DNA of 64,000 bases from Chrysomallon squamiferum (GCA_012295275.1 CM022671.1:3472001-3536000), one strand, 5' to 3'. Shown: positions 31,060 to 44,834, numbered from the stretch's first letter. A program made the numbers and translations. Notes: generated by a model not told the origin, from the letters alone.

Positions 31060-34000
31060 ATGTGTTTATAGTCCTCTTCGTAAATGTGTTACTTCATTCT
31101 GTGTACAAATTGCTCATCAGATATCTGAATGATACAGATTTTAAAACACCCTGTAGTTTGTGTACAAAAACTGTCAGTGTTTGGGTGGTCAAAATATTAA
31201 TAAAACTTATATGTTCAGATCATAATTTTATATATATATAGAGAGAGAGAAACTTTTCTTTCCTTACTGTACATTTATTCGTTAGATTCTGCGTTTTGTT
31301 TTCTAAATATTATTTAATCTTTCTTTAGATTGTTGTTGTTGTGTTTTGTTTTTTTTCTCAGATTTAGTTCTGTGTTATTCCATTTTTAAAATATATTATT
31401 TCATGAATGAATGAAAAAAACATTACTGGGAAAATATGCTGATATATGCTTGCTTTTATTGTTTGCAATTTTGAGGGATGTTTTATTTGCAGCTTACACC
31501 TTTTCATTTGCAAGTTTACTAAAGCTGTATATATGTGTGTATTGTTTATTACACAGAAAAATAACTTGTATAAATCTGAAAATTGTCAACATTTGCTCAT
31601 CATTAAAGATATATATATATATATATATATAGATATAAAGATATATATAGATATATTAGGATCATCATGCAGCACTGAGACTTACATCATCTCAAAATTT
31701 TGTTTGTGTTTTTGTTTTGACAATTTATTCTTTGTTATGTGTTTAAGGTGACTGGGACAGCAAAAATGTTAGTGTCACACTAATCACATCAGCTTTGTTT
31801 TGATGTTGTAAATAATGGCTAAGTAGACTGAATTTCTAGCTCTGATAACTATAAAGTTTACCATCAGTTGCTGTATAGTCTTTATTCATTCCAACCTCAA
31901 AACTGATAAGAAAATTAAAAAAAAAATTTCACTAAGAATATTTATATTCTTTATTATTAAAATATATTGTTTCTGAATATGTTGCTGTATAAAATAGTAC
32001 CTAGAAGACTGAAAAAACCCAACAAATAATAATAATAAATCAAAAATCAAAAATCAACCTCAGAATATCTAGTTTAATTTGAGTACACTTTATATTATTA
32101 TTTATAAATATTCCAGTTTGTTCAGTGCATTGTTTTGATGATACTATTAATATCTTTTAGTGATAAGTTACTGATTATTATATTTATTAGCTGTTTATCT
32201 GTTGCTTTCTCTCTGTCTCTGTCTGTCCCTCCCTCCAGTTGTTGACAGTTAATCCTCAGTTTAGTATAACTAGTCTTGGCGTGTTTGTATGTGGTGGAAG
32301 TATAATGAGATATTCATTTTAGTCTTGTTCTTTTTTCTTTGTAAATATTTAAAAGCTAAGGTATTTATTTTTTAAAATATTCATATTTATGTCGTTGATG
32401 TATGTTTATGTAACTTGATGAAGGGTATCAGAAGCAGGACTTGTTATTTTTTTTCATGTGTTTTTGTTTCAGAAGTTTCAGATGATGAGAATGTGTAGAA
32501 ATAGACTGAATATATTTTGTATACTTCCAAATTATAATTTAATTTCTTTCTTGTTAAATGTACCTGTAGTGGTGTGAACAAATATTTAAAAATGTTTTAT
32601 TACCATTCAAACATATAGTGTGTTTTGTTTGTGCATTATTATATTATGGTGATTATGGAAGTTGCCAGTTAAATTCTTTTATTTGTACACACTCACACAC
32701 AGACACACACACACACACACACACATTCAGAATTATTGCTTGTTTTACATTTGAAAGCATTAACAATGATAGTTCTTAAGCTAAAAAAAGAATTTGTTTG
32801 AAAGTTTATGAAATTATTGTAAACTGTTTCTTGTCATCATAAGATATGTGTTTCAACAAGAAACAACTAAAATAATTACTTTGAAGAATTCAAAATTTGA
32901 TTTAGTCTAATTGCACCACTACAAGTACAATTTAGCTACTTATAATTATATAAATTAATTAAGAGGTGGCCTTTTCATTTTCTCATTGATTTCTTTATTA
33001 TTTGTTGAGTTTGTGTAATAAAATTTTATTCATAAGTAAGTATTTAGATTTTATAAATGATTGGATAAGTATAGGTGTGTATATTTAAATCTCTATAAAG
33101 TATTGCTTACAATTTTATTTATATTTATTTTTGTTGTGTGTGGTTTTGGCTTATTGTGTATGTTTTTTGCATAATATTACCCAAAATATATGTAATTATA
33201 TGTGTTACATAACTATTGAGATTAGTTGTTAGATTTGTAATGGAAACTGACAAGTGTGGGATTAAAAGTAAAGCCTCCTTTATGCTCTCAAGATCTGCAT
33301 AAGATTAAAGACTTATCTGATAATTTAAATTTTAGATGACTGTATCTATTCAAAAAAAAAAAAAAAACCCACACACACACATTTCTGCCATGTTTTGTAT
33401 AGCTGTTTTGAAAAAACATTTTGGTTTCAGCTGTTGACAGGCATCACTTAGCACACATAAAGAAATGTAAACAATAAAATTAAACATTCATATCAAACAT
33501 GTTTCACTGTGCTTGCAAGTTGAAGTTTGATGGTGAGGACAAAGTTGAGAGTAAGGTTATATAAATAAAATATATTTTTGTGAGTATCTGCTAGTTAGAT
33601 CATAATTTAGAAGAATAAAACAATTTTAATTCATACACAAATTAGTTGGTACTTAGATGAAATATATATATTGTTGAAACGAACAAGTACACTTTAGCTT
33701 TATATAGATCTTGGCTTTGGGAAAGACAGCATTTCCTAGTTTCCACTAGTGAAAAAAATAAAGATAGATAAAATACCAGAAGCTATTTTAGCTCACTAAA
33801 TCAATGAAGTTATGTTTGCAAAATTGCTTTTCTCCATTTAAAAAAAAAAAAAAAAATATTATTTTTTTTTTGTCTAAAGGGAAACAATATGATTGACATT
33901 CAGGCCATGACACAATCACAGAAAACAGGTTAAACTGATAAACTGAACAACCTCTAACATTTTAAATAACCTCGTGATTATTATTACATTTGTAATGGAG

Positions 34001-34654
34001 CAGAAGTGTGTTTTTTGAACATAGGTCATTTAAAAAATTATCAAATAACATTCTTTAAAAAATTTGCCTGCAATAAAAGTTTATTTGTAAAGAAAGTAAA
34101 ACCACAGAAGTCATTTTTAGATAATAAAAATGTGTATTTTTAAACTTATTTTAAAAATGTTTTGATAAGATATACCAAATTAAATTGTTCTAAATATTGA
34201 TGTACCTGTTTTCTTTTTATTGAAATAAGAGATGTTGATATTAAAATATTTAATAAAATTAGAATAGTTATAAATAATTACTAAATTTGAAAGTATTCTC
34301 CATTTCCATCAGATACTTAATGATTATTAATGTAAATAAAATTTGAACTTGTTTTCATGGTATGTAAATATAGCTTAACACCATTTAGTCATAAGTTTAA
34401 AAGTCAGATGCATGAGATTTCTTAACTGGTTCTAAATAAGAAATTTTATTATCAGTTTTAGATGTTCAAAATGAACATTTTGCATATTTATGACCTGTCT
34501 CATGAAAAGGTATTCAAGTAAAAATTTTAAAGCCTTTTTTTTTTTTTTTTTATTGTTACTTTTAATTAGTTAATATCTTTATTCAGAACTAAGAAACTGT
34601 TTTCATTATAAACAGTTTTATGATATATCAACATTCATCGTTCATTAATAATGG

Positions 34655-34835
34655 GACATTAATAATGGTCTGTTGTTTTCCTGTCACTGGCAAGACAGAT
34701 AGTAAAGAGAACTTGATGATAATTGAAAGAGTAGCCCATCATGAGGCAGATATTTCTCTCTCATTATCTGTATGGTTATTAGCTATATGCGATACTAAGT
34801 AACAGATTATAAATATGTTGACTGCCTCAGTAAAA
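34655..34835 (+). mobile_element. Degenerate dispersed repeat (SINE-like) remnant
   Basis: atggtctgttgttttcctgtcactggcaag...aaagagtagcccat...tttctctctcattatctgtatgg shares core and tail with the 6135 and 42765 copies. Confidence 0.55.
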
Positions 34836-36800
34836 TATATATAGTTTTAGTAAATGTATAATCCTTTCACTGCCATTGGCAAGGTATCTCAACATAATGC
34901 ACTAGTTTTATATATAAAGGGGTAAAGGTAGGGAAGCATGTCTAATGTCAATAGGTACCTTTTCATGCAGCAGGTCATGTTTACTGTTAAATAGCACAAT
35001 GGCCTTTCACAAATTTATTCTTATGTACAGTTATTCATATTGTTTAGATGAATTTACCACAAATGTCAAGGATTTTAAATATATTTTTTAATGTTTGTCA
35101 AAGATTTTTCAGGTTCACAGTGGGAAAAGCCAGTTTAACATACAATAACACTTAACCATTACTGCTGAATTTAAAATCCAGATATTAAATTCAGTTTTGT
35201 CATTTCTTGTATATTGCATAATGGAACATATGCTCACTGGGTTTCAATAAACTTGATGCTATGTAAATAATGAACAGCTGTTGTATTTTCTGTTGATGTA
35301 ATAGGTTTAATAAAACAAGTTTCCTTCCAGTTGTTACCAATAAATTGTTAGGATCATGTTTTCTGATTCAGTAGATAGGCCGAGTGGAGTGTTATTATAC
35401 AAGTTGGGTCTATGATGGATTATGAGATTAATCCTTGTTGGTGTACTGTTTGAATAAGTTCATGTTCTAGCAAATTTAATGATTATTTTCATGTGTATAG
35501 GAGGATCATAACAATAAAATATGCCAAGCTGCTGATTGATCAAAGACAGCACAAAGAAAAGCAACAGCTGGTTTCCCATATCATAAAAACAATAAAATTT
35601 AAAGCCAATTTAAAAAAAAAAAAAAAACGCCTTTAATTTTGTATTATTTACATTTTCAGCTGTTATTATTATTATTAAATGAAATAAGAAAGAAATTAAT
35701 TTTCAGTTAATACTGATTTTTATTAAATTAACAACAAAATCTTCAAAAACATGTTCAAAACCTCGAAATGTATGTTAATACATTTTTCATTCTTCTTATA
35801 TATAACAAAAACTATAACTGATTAAAAAAATTCAGAAATTTACACACCTGAAAAACTAAAAACCAAATAGTACTGATCAATAATTGTGCATCTGGTCTCT
35901 GATAGATAAAGCATTTAATACTTTTAAAAAGAACAACATTTTTTTTTTTTTTTTTTAATCTAACTGAACTCATATTTAAATATGTAAATATCAACAGAAT
36001 AGAAAATGTATCAAAACTTGCATGAAATTTACTCTAATATAAAACAGCAAAATCTGAAGCTAAGTGAGATAATTAGCTTATTGAAAATGTGTATATAACT
36101 AATTAAATGATCAAGGTATGTTTTGCTTTGATTTTACTGTTCAGCAAAACCATATTTGAATATGTTCCAAAGATATATTTAATAAAGTAAGCAATAATGG
36201 AAAGAAAAGAAAAATAATAAAACAACAGATTATCAACTGATGTGAACTTGGACTGGTAGTCATAAACAAAATGCTGATGTGTAATAGACTTGCTGAAAAG
36301 CAGAAGATATCACAAGTATTGTTATTTATACACTAATATCACAAACAAGTACATATTTTTATGCTAAAAAGCCTTGTGCAAGTTAATAATATAATAACTA
36401 ATGTGGCTAATGAAGAATTGATGATGAAAAAAATCTTGAAAAAATAATAAATTTAATAAGCATTTATCAAATAAAATAAAATGCTTTCAATTTATCCTTC
36501 ATTGTAAAGCACCATAGAAACCAACCAATGAGAGCTTTTGATAGAATTTTCCAGTTTTATCTTTATGCCCATTGTGAAATACTTTACTGCTCTGCTATTT
36601 TGTCTTTATACTTGTTACCTATAACATCTTGTTTTTGTTTCTTAAGTTGCTCTGGGTACCATCTATCCCAGTTATATATCTGTCAAAATACATGTCACTG
36701 TTACTTAAGATAATTGTCTTTTTATTAAAGATCTTTACAATATTGGCCATTTTATGGCAAAAACATTTATGATATACATTTGCTTGCACTTGCACTCTTT

Positions 36801-36831
<31 letters not shown>

Positions 36832-37070
36832 TCAAGAAAAATACTCTAATACTGTTTCATATAGTTGCAATTATCATCATTATTAACTTTTTTTTAAATG
36901 TATCCTTTCAGTTTCTTGTCATGCAGTCTTAATGAATAAACAAAGGATAATAACAAAAGAGTACATTTTAAATAATAAGAAATTTACTGAACATACCTTC
37001 GGGAAGATAGATATAAATAAATGCAATAAAATATTTTTCCATTAGAATTCACACATTTTCAAAATTCTGT

Positions 37071-40000
37071 TTACCAGTGTGACATATGTTTGATATATTC
37101 TTTCTGTTTTTGAATCAGCATCTGATGGACCTTTTCATACTGCTGGGACATTCTTGGTAATGGTTCCTGAGGAAAGGCATAACCAGGTTGTGGAGGAATA
37201 TAGTTGCACGTTATATCAGGCTGGACAGGATAAGTGGGGAAACTATTCTGAGGTGAATAATGAAATCGACCATGACCAGGATAAGGATTTGGCAAAGGAA
37301 GACCTGGGTGAGGTGGATAATGTACCCACTGAGAACTGAGAGTGTAGGGAGAGTTTGGATCCCACTGTTGGTAAGGATTCAGCTCTTGTTGCATGTTTTC
37401 ATATGACGGGTCTCTGAAAGGAGGGACACTCTTGAAGTAGAAGAGTTCATCTTCAGCACACAGTGACTTCTCTTCAGAACTCATCACTGGATGTTCTCCA
37501 TATGGATAGTGAACTTCAGAAAACTGGTTCTCACTGGATGGAAGTTTGCCTTGATTAATGAAACTCTCTTCTTCAGGAGAAAAGTGGTCTTGATTTTCCT
37601 GACATTGATTTTCTCCAGATGAAGTCTGATCTTGAATTTCCTGAGGAGAAAACTGTTCTGAACATTCCTGATGTGGATACTGTCCTGAATTTTCTTCATG
37701 AAGAAAATTCATCTGGATTTTGCTGAGCAGAAAGCTCATCTGCATTTTCCTGAGTAGAATACTCACTTGAATTTTCCTGATCACTATACTGATTTGAATT
37801 CTCTTGATCAGAATACTGATCAGGGTTTTGCCCATATGGATACTGAACAGGATTTTCCCCACACGGATAAATAATTGGATTTTCACCATATGGATAATGG
37901 ACTTGTCTCCTGGTAGTATTCTGTCCAGCATCAGCTGAATGACTAATCAAGTGACTAGAAAATATACCATTTGGACTGCCTTCAGTTCTGCTCACTGTTC
38001 CTCTACCATCATCTCCTGCCCGCATCAGCAGGTTGTCTTCATGGTAAGGATGTTTAGGATCAGTATATGGTCCAATGGACCAAAATGTGCTGTGACTATT
38101 CTTTTGTTCCAAATCATAAGATACTTCAGACACTTGTTCACCATTACAAGATGATCCAGGTTCATGTTTGTTCTGAAGCCTTTCTGCTTCAGCTGCATAA
38201 CTATTCTTGTAGACATCTTTCTCATACAGAGAACTGAAGCTAGAACTGGAGTCTGACTCATAACCCTCCTGACTTTCAGAGCTGTCACCAGGACAACGTT
38301 TTCCACACAGTTTTAAATTAGCAAGGTTCTGGACCATAGCGTCTGAATAAATCAAATTGTCAGTCTGTCCAGAACTTTGTTCCAAGCCAGACATAACATA
38401 CTGATTGGTCTTTGAAAATGTTACAGATACAATTTTATTCTTGTCGTAACTATCTGGATTATTTTTCATGTTTTTGTCTCTTGTTTTTCCTGGTGGTTTT
38501 AACACAGATTTTAATGCTAAATCACTTGGTGGAAGTCTCTGACTTAATGACTTGTTAGGTTCTGGTTTTTCATTGAATTCTCTGTGAAATTTATTCAGAT
38601 GTTGAGAAACCAAAGCATTTAAATCCTTGTCCTCTGTCTTCCCACTGTCAGTAATCTTAGTCTTTATCAAATCAATTAAAGAGATTTTCTCTTCTGGCAA
38701 TTTACCTTGCTGTTTAAATCTGTCCAGGCTTTCCACTGCTGAAGTATAAGTAATGTTACAGTCAACTCTTTCATAGCCAATACATTCTTGGTAAGAAGGG
38801 ATTTTCAAGACGCAGCCTGACCTGCTACTTCTTGCAGGACTATCATGCAGCGTCTTTGGTTCTGTGTGGTCTTGATCTTTTCTCCAAACCATTTCTGCTT
38901 TCTCAACTCTCCTCCAGTTTGGATCATCACTCCTCTGTTTCTTTTTCTTGTATTTGTCTTTAGAATTTTCAGTAGAATTATTTGTTAAATTATTACTGTC
39001 TTTATTCTCTTGATCATACAGTTCATCACTGATAAAGTCTGAATTATGCGAAATTTGGCCTTTAACGTTAGTGTTTTGTTTCGTTCTACATTTTAGTTTC
39101 CAATTTTCAGGAACTGAGACATCAACTCTAATTCTATTCTGTTCACTGTTACTTTTTTCTCCTGATACAAAAAGCTGATCAAAACTGTCATATCCATCAC
39201 TTTTTACATAATTCTGATCCTCATCCTCAGTTTTTCTTCCATTCAACACATTTTTCTTCAGTTTGTTTCTTCTTGATAAAGATACATCACTAGAATCATT
39301 TCTGCTGCCAACAAACAGTTCATCATCATCTTGAACTTTGTGATTAATATTTGTTTTATTTTGTTTCAGTTTTGCCCCAGCAGGCACCAGAGCACTCCGT
39401 AATGCAGTGTCAGAATGAGCTGACTTGCTGTAATTTTCATTTAGTTGGACATCATGACCCCCAGATTTATCTTTGGTTTCAGATGACTGGACATCAGCAT
39501 GAACAAAAATTTTAAAAGCTTTGTCTAAATGGACATTAGAATTAAGAGATAAATGAAATGTTTTATCTACCAGGACAGTAGGAGTAACAGAATCATCTCT
39601 GTTGTTTATAGGCACATTATCATTTGCGTTAAAATAGGCATCATATAACTGATCAGGTTCTAATTTATCACACACAGTGGCAGGCATGTCCAGTTGATTT
39701 GGATTGGGAGTCGAATCATTTGAGGGTAAGTGTATCAAAACCTCACTTTCTTGGGCACTGGAACGGTCAACTTCCTCATTGTCAACTAAAATCTGATCTT
39801 CACATTTATGGGTTTCACTTTGACTTAAATCAGGTCTTGTTATTATCTGTTCTGTAATTACAACATCTTTGGGTTTGTACGGTAAATTTATCTTCACTAA
39901 GTCAACAGGGACAGGATCTGAAATACAAAAAGCACACTACAGTTAGATGAAAGTAACAAGTGCTGTTGTCAACATTTTATGGTCAACATTTTTTGGTCAA

Positions 40001-43000
40001 CATTCTAAAAAGAAATCTTAATGCATTTAATTCCTTCTGAAGAACTCATAACTTTGATCTGCTTCTACTAAAATTCAGTGTTTGTTGTACCAAGAATCAG
40101 TGTATTTTCAACCAATTAATCAACAATTTGAAATATGCTCACCTGAAGAGAACCTCGATTGCTTGCTGAGGATAGTATTAAGGTGTGTGCAAGTATCAAG
40201 ATTTCATCCAAGCATTTTAAGGTTATAGGTTTGCCTACAGAGCAGCACTAACTGGTGATTTATTATAAGTAATTATCTGACATCCTGACTATTTTTCTAA
40301 CAGTATTGTGAGTATTGTAATTTTTTACCTGGTAATGGGTAAATCCAAGTGTTGCATTTGTATTCCAAGATTTTCAAGAGCTTTTCTTCCTCTCCATTGC
40401 TCACTAAAGTAATTGCTGCTCCAAATGAACCTAAAATAAAAATAGTATTTTATATTCAGATAAAATTCTTTTAAAAAGTACAGGTGAATAGGCCATCAGT
40501 TAATTTCATGCACAAACACACACACACACATTTGGGTAAAAAAATGGCTGCACCATGAATTTATTATTTTACTTAAAATAAAAAATTTAAAACAAATTGG
40601 GATATATACAAAATTTATGAAGTTATTGTATCATCAGTATAGTTACAAAGAAAAATCAAATAAATAAACAAAATAAGTTTGGCAAAATAAGTTTAGCAAA
40701 ATAAGTTAATGCAAACAAATAAAACAATCAGATGCTTAAAAAATTATGTAGTTTATTTGTATAATTTAATGAAAGTGAACTCACCAAATCTGCCTGCTCT
40801 TCCAATCCTGTGTAAGTAAGTTTCATGATCTTTTGGAACATCAAGATTTATAATAAGATTCACTTTCTCAGCATCAATTCCTCTTGCAGTCTACAAGGAG
40901 AAACATTACGCTCTCTCATCATACCATCAATCTGTAATTATCTAAAGTTTTATTGTCTGTCATTCCTAAAATTCTGAGATTTTTAATCAGATTAAATATT
41001 TCTAACATTTCTGAATTTCTGAATAAATATATTTCTGATTTTCTAAATTTGTTATTCATTTTATCAATATCTGTGTATGTATGTATCTAATATATGTGTA
41101 AACAATATTATAAATATTCCTTACAAGGTCAGTGGTTATCAGAACTCGACATTTGTAAGTCTTCAGTTTGGCCATTGCCTCATTTCTGTCTCTCTGGTCA
41201 AGGAAACCAGCAATACAAGCAGTCGGCCATCCCTGACTTAGCAGTTCATCAGACAGATTGTTTGCTCTGCAATAAGACTCAATAGTTTTAAAAACCTTCT
41301 TACATCTTCTGACACTTTCTGTAATTAAAAATATGTGTGTCTATCAAGATTTTAAATCTATTATTATTTTATCTTACTGGCAGCATATATTAATGTTTTT
41401 ATCCATAGTTCATATCTAGAACCAAATAAAATAACTGTACAGAAATTATACAATTATATTTTTGTCTGTAAGAAAGAAAGAAGACTAAATCACCTATTTT
41501 GTAGGTTAGAAAACACCAGACATTGCTGAAAACTGATATTAGACAGCAACTCCATCACTGCTTTTGTTTTGTTATCAAACTGCTGTTTTGCCATAGAATG
41601 GAAATCTACCATTTTGTAGTACTGCTTAATACCTAGAAGATACAATAAATTAAAATTAAAATTAAAAAAATATATATATATATAGACATTTACTTTAATT
41701 TTTGTTTATTCTGCAATGTTTTCAGCAATTATGATATATTTAGTTACATGTAGTTAGCCTTTAATAAAAATTTAATGAAATATTCTTTTAAAATCTAGAT
41801 ATTTAAAGTGTCTGGACACTTACTACTTATTAATTACAAATACATGGCTCTCTCTATATATATACATAAATTATGTCAAGATATGTAATTTTGCAAGAGT
41901 CAGTATAGGACCACTTATTCACTATTTGACACTTGAGACCCCATCAATTAGAACTCATAAATTTAATTTACAGAAGATGTATTTACCCAACAGTGCAGGA
42001 TCAGATTTACTTAATCTTATAAATGTTGGGTTTCTCATGTACTGGGTAAGATGCTGAGCTAGATATTCAGGATATGTGGCAGATAGAGCCAGCATTTGTT
42101 TGTTTTCAGGCAAAGCAGAATATATCCAGCTGAAACAACACAAATATTTTATTTTATACTCTGACATTTCAAGTATTTTTTCTACGTTATTTATGATGAT
42201 TATCACCCAACAGTTATAATAATCTGTGTTCTGCAATCAGTGGATTTTATATTCAATAACCTGAGTGTTTCTGATATGTTTACCTTTCTTTATTAAACAA
42301 AATAATTTAAATTATATTTATTTAATTTATAAAACTTACGTGGGAGTTTGAATGAATGAATTATATCATTATATTCCATATGTATAAATAACAAGAAAAT
42401 TAATGAGACCTGGAATTAAAAATGTTCAGACAATCGTATAAAATGTATCACAAATAATATAAATAGATAATCTAAATTTCTTTTTTTTTTTGCATACATC
42501 TAAGTAAAGCATTTACTTGATCTGCTCTTGAAAACTCTCCTCCAGTAGTTTGTCAGCTTCATCGAGGATAAACAGTCTAATACTTGTAGTCTTCAAGATG
42601 CCATCTTCTATTAACTGTTTAATTCTTCCTAGAAATCAAAGATGAAACAGCAAAAAATGAAACTAAAATAAGTGAAATAACAGTATAAGATTTAAATATA
42701 GACATACTCACAGCCATGTATTAATATATATATATATATTAACTGAAGTAACAATGAAACACATGCTTAAAGGCTGTGATGTGTATTTACATGTCTAAGG
42801 GTAGGTCCACATAAATGATCCTAGTTTCCAATTATATATATATGCTGTGGGTTCCTCTTCTATTATCTGTATTGTAACAGAAGAAAAAGTATTCTTCTAG
42901 TAATATAAAGGTTCTAATTTAAGGAAAATAAAAGGAAAGAAGTGATTAAGATGCAGTGTTACTTTAATATTAATAATATAATAAAAAGCAAATATATTAA

Positions 43001-44503
43001 ATATTTACATAAATAAATTATCAAACTGACACCAGTCGTATTTACCTGGAGTTCCAACAGCAATGTGACAGACTTTTGCTTTCTTTTTATCTGCAGACAG
43101 AGGCATTCCTCCAATAAATAACTGACATCGGAGAGATGGAATTGAGGCACCAATTTTGCTGATTACATCCCAAACCTGATCTGCAATTTCTCTAGTTGGT
43201 GCTAAAACCAACACCTTTGAAATAGAAACAATGTGTATTTAAAAACAATAACAATGCTGATAAAAATAAACTGAAATTTTAAAAAAGAATCAGTTTATTA
43301 TAAATAACTGCATACAAATCAGATGACAATTTTTATCTATTCCTTTTGAGTGCTAATGTAAGATAATAAATCTTATGACACACACAGTATGTAATGTCTT
43401 CACCTGTTTGCATATTTGTCAATGGCCAGAAATAATAAAACAACTGAAAACAGTAGCAAATAAGATTAAAATGTTAATTTTACTCTTTCTTTTTTCAGTG
43501 AAATATATCAATTTGCAGACTAAGGTCGAATAAAATTAATGCAATAACTTTTTTGATTGTTACAAGGTTATGTGCGATTTTTATTCAGACTGTTTCAAGA
43601 GTAATAGTATAAATATTAATAATCATCTACATGTCTGCTAGATAAATCATATTAAATGTTTTGTAAAGTGCCTTTTGAAATGTATTTACCTGAACTGCTG
43701 AGCTGTCTAATAACAAGGATTCCAGTGCAATTACAGCAAAAACACAAGTCTTCCCTGTCCCAGATTTGGCCTGCACAACTAGATCTTAATGTTTAGTGAA
43801 AAATAAATTTAGTTTTTTCATCCATAATTATTTTACAATATACGTTCATAATTATATGTAATTAGATTTATTATTTTTAAAAAGGAAATTACAGGCAGTA
43901 AATGGATAAACAGATACAAGTATAATTATTATATTTAATTATTTGTATCTTTTTCTAATCAACATGTCCAAATGATTAAAAAAAATAGATATCTAGCTAA
44001 TGTTTAAAAAATTACCCTCCTTGGTAATTCTATAATTTACGCCATTCATAATTGTGTTGAATTTTTTTTTTTTTTTTTTTTTTTTAAGTTTCCGCCGTTC
44101 ATAAAATTTGAAATTTAAAAAGAATATAAAAATTTACCTCTTTCTTTATTAAATAACTGAAAAGTCACGGTTATGATAAATCATGATAATGGTCATCGTA
44201 TTTTAGCCATCCATCATGTAAAAAACAAACATTGTTTTCATTGTCAATTACGATTTCTTAGCTTTAGTTCTTCTTTTGATGATTTATAATTTAAAATTTT
44301 CAATTATAATCAGTTAACTTACCAAGGCCACATCTTCCAAGTGGTATAGCTTTTAACTGTATAGGTGACGGTTTTCGAAATCCAGCGTTTTTAAGCCCTT
44401 TAAGAACGTAATCTGTCAATAACAATCCATCAAAATCAACATTTTCAGCTATTAATACATCAGAAGTTCTATGAGCTTCTATTACTTTATGTGCTATCGA
44501 CAT
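37071..44503 (-). CDS. DDX20: DEAD-box helicase DDX20/Gemin3; 10 exons; last exon 37071-39917 carries a +1 frameshift at ~37696
   Basis: Q motif [33 protein letters not shown], then [56 protein letters not shown] and [12 protein letters not shown]. The RTSDV N-terminus and SATYP are typical of DDX20. Exons ~44322-44503, 43690-43784, 43046-43214, 42518-42628, 41987-42129, 41494-41632, 41125-41266, 40785-40890, 40329-40431, 37071-39917. Confidence 0.93.
37600..37900 (-). repeat. Coding 27-bp (9-aa, ~GENPxQYPY / QENSxQYSx) tandem repeat in the DDX20 tail
   Basis: Visible in ORFs 37696-39897 and 37071-37931; the repeat continues across the frame change. Confidence 0.85.
42765..42875 (+). mobile_element. 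Degenerate dispersed repeat (SINE-like) remnant in a DDX20 intron
   Basis: taaaggctgtgatgtg...gtctaagggtaggtccacataaatgatcc...gggttcctcttctattatctgt resembles the other copies. Confidence 0.45.
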
Positions 44504-44834
44504 GCTAGGGAGAATTAGTTTATATATGTCATATTAATAAAAAAAATTAGAACATCAGTTTTGTTTTTCTCGCCATTTTGAATCGCGTGCCAAAACTTAG
44601 TTGCAAGATTGAAAATCATTGGATAATGCATATTCTTTATCCAATCACGATAGTTGTTTGAAAGACGTTCTTTATTTTTCGAAAATTAGAAATGATTGGT
44701 GAATGTTCCTGAAATTGGTCCAATTAAGGTAAGCTTTGCAATTGTAGAAGCAGGCTGCGGTAGAGGGCGTTGCCTCTGTGCTAATGAACATTCACTTCCG
44801 CGTTTGTGAACTGAGAAGTAACAACACGTGAAAA
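44504..44834. promoter_or_regulatory. Compact bidirectional promoter DDX20 / twinfilin
   Basis: 331 bp between the two ATGs. CpG-rich, with YY1-like cgccattttg (44571), several CCAAT/ATTGG boxes (44618, 44641, 44694, 44714-44723) and ETS-like cacttccg (44793). Confidence 0.85.

Noticed and set aside
36899-36910. GTATCCTTT U12-like donor; also ATATCCTT (minus) near 26340
   Set aside because: The first is outside any plus-strand coding gene. The second lies inside an intron fully explained by GT-AG sites.
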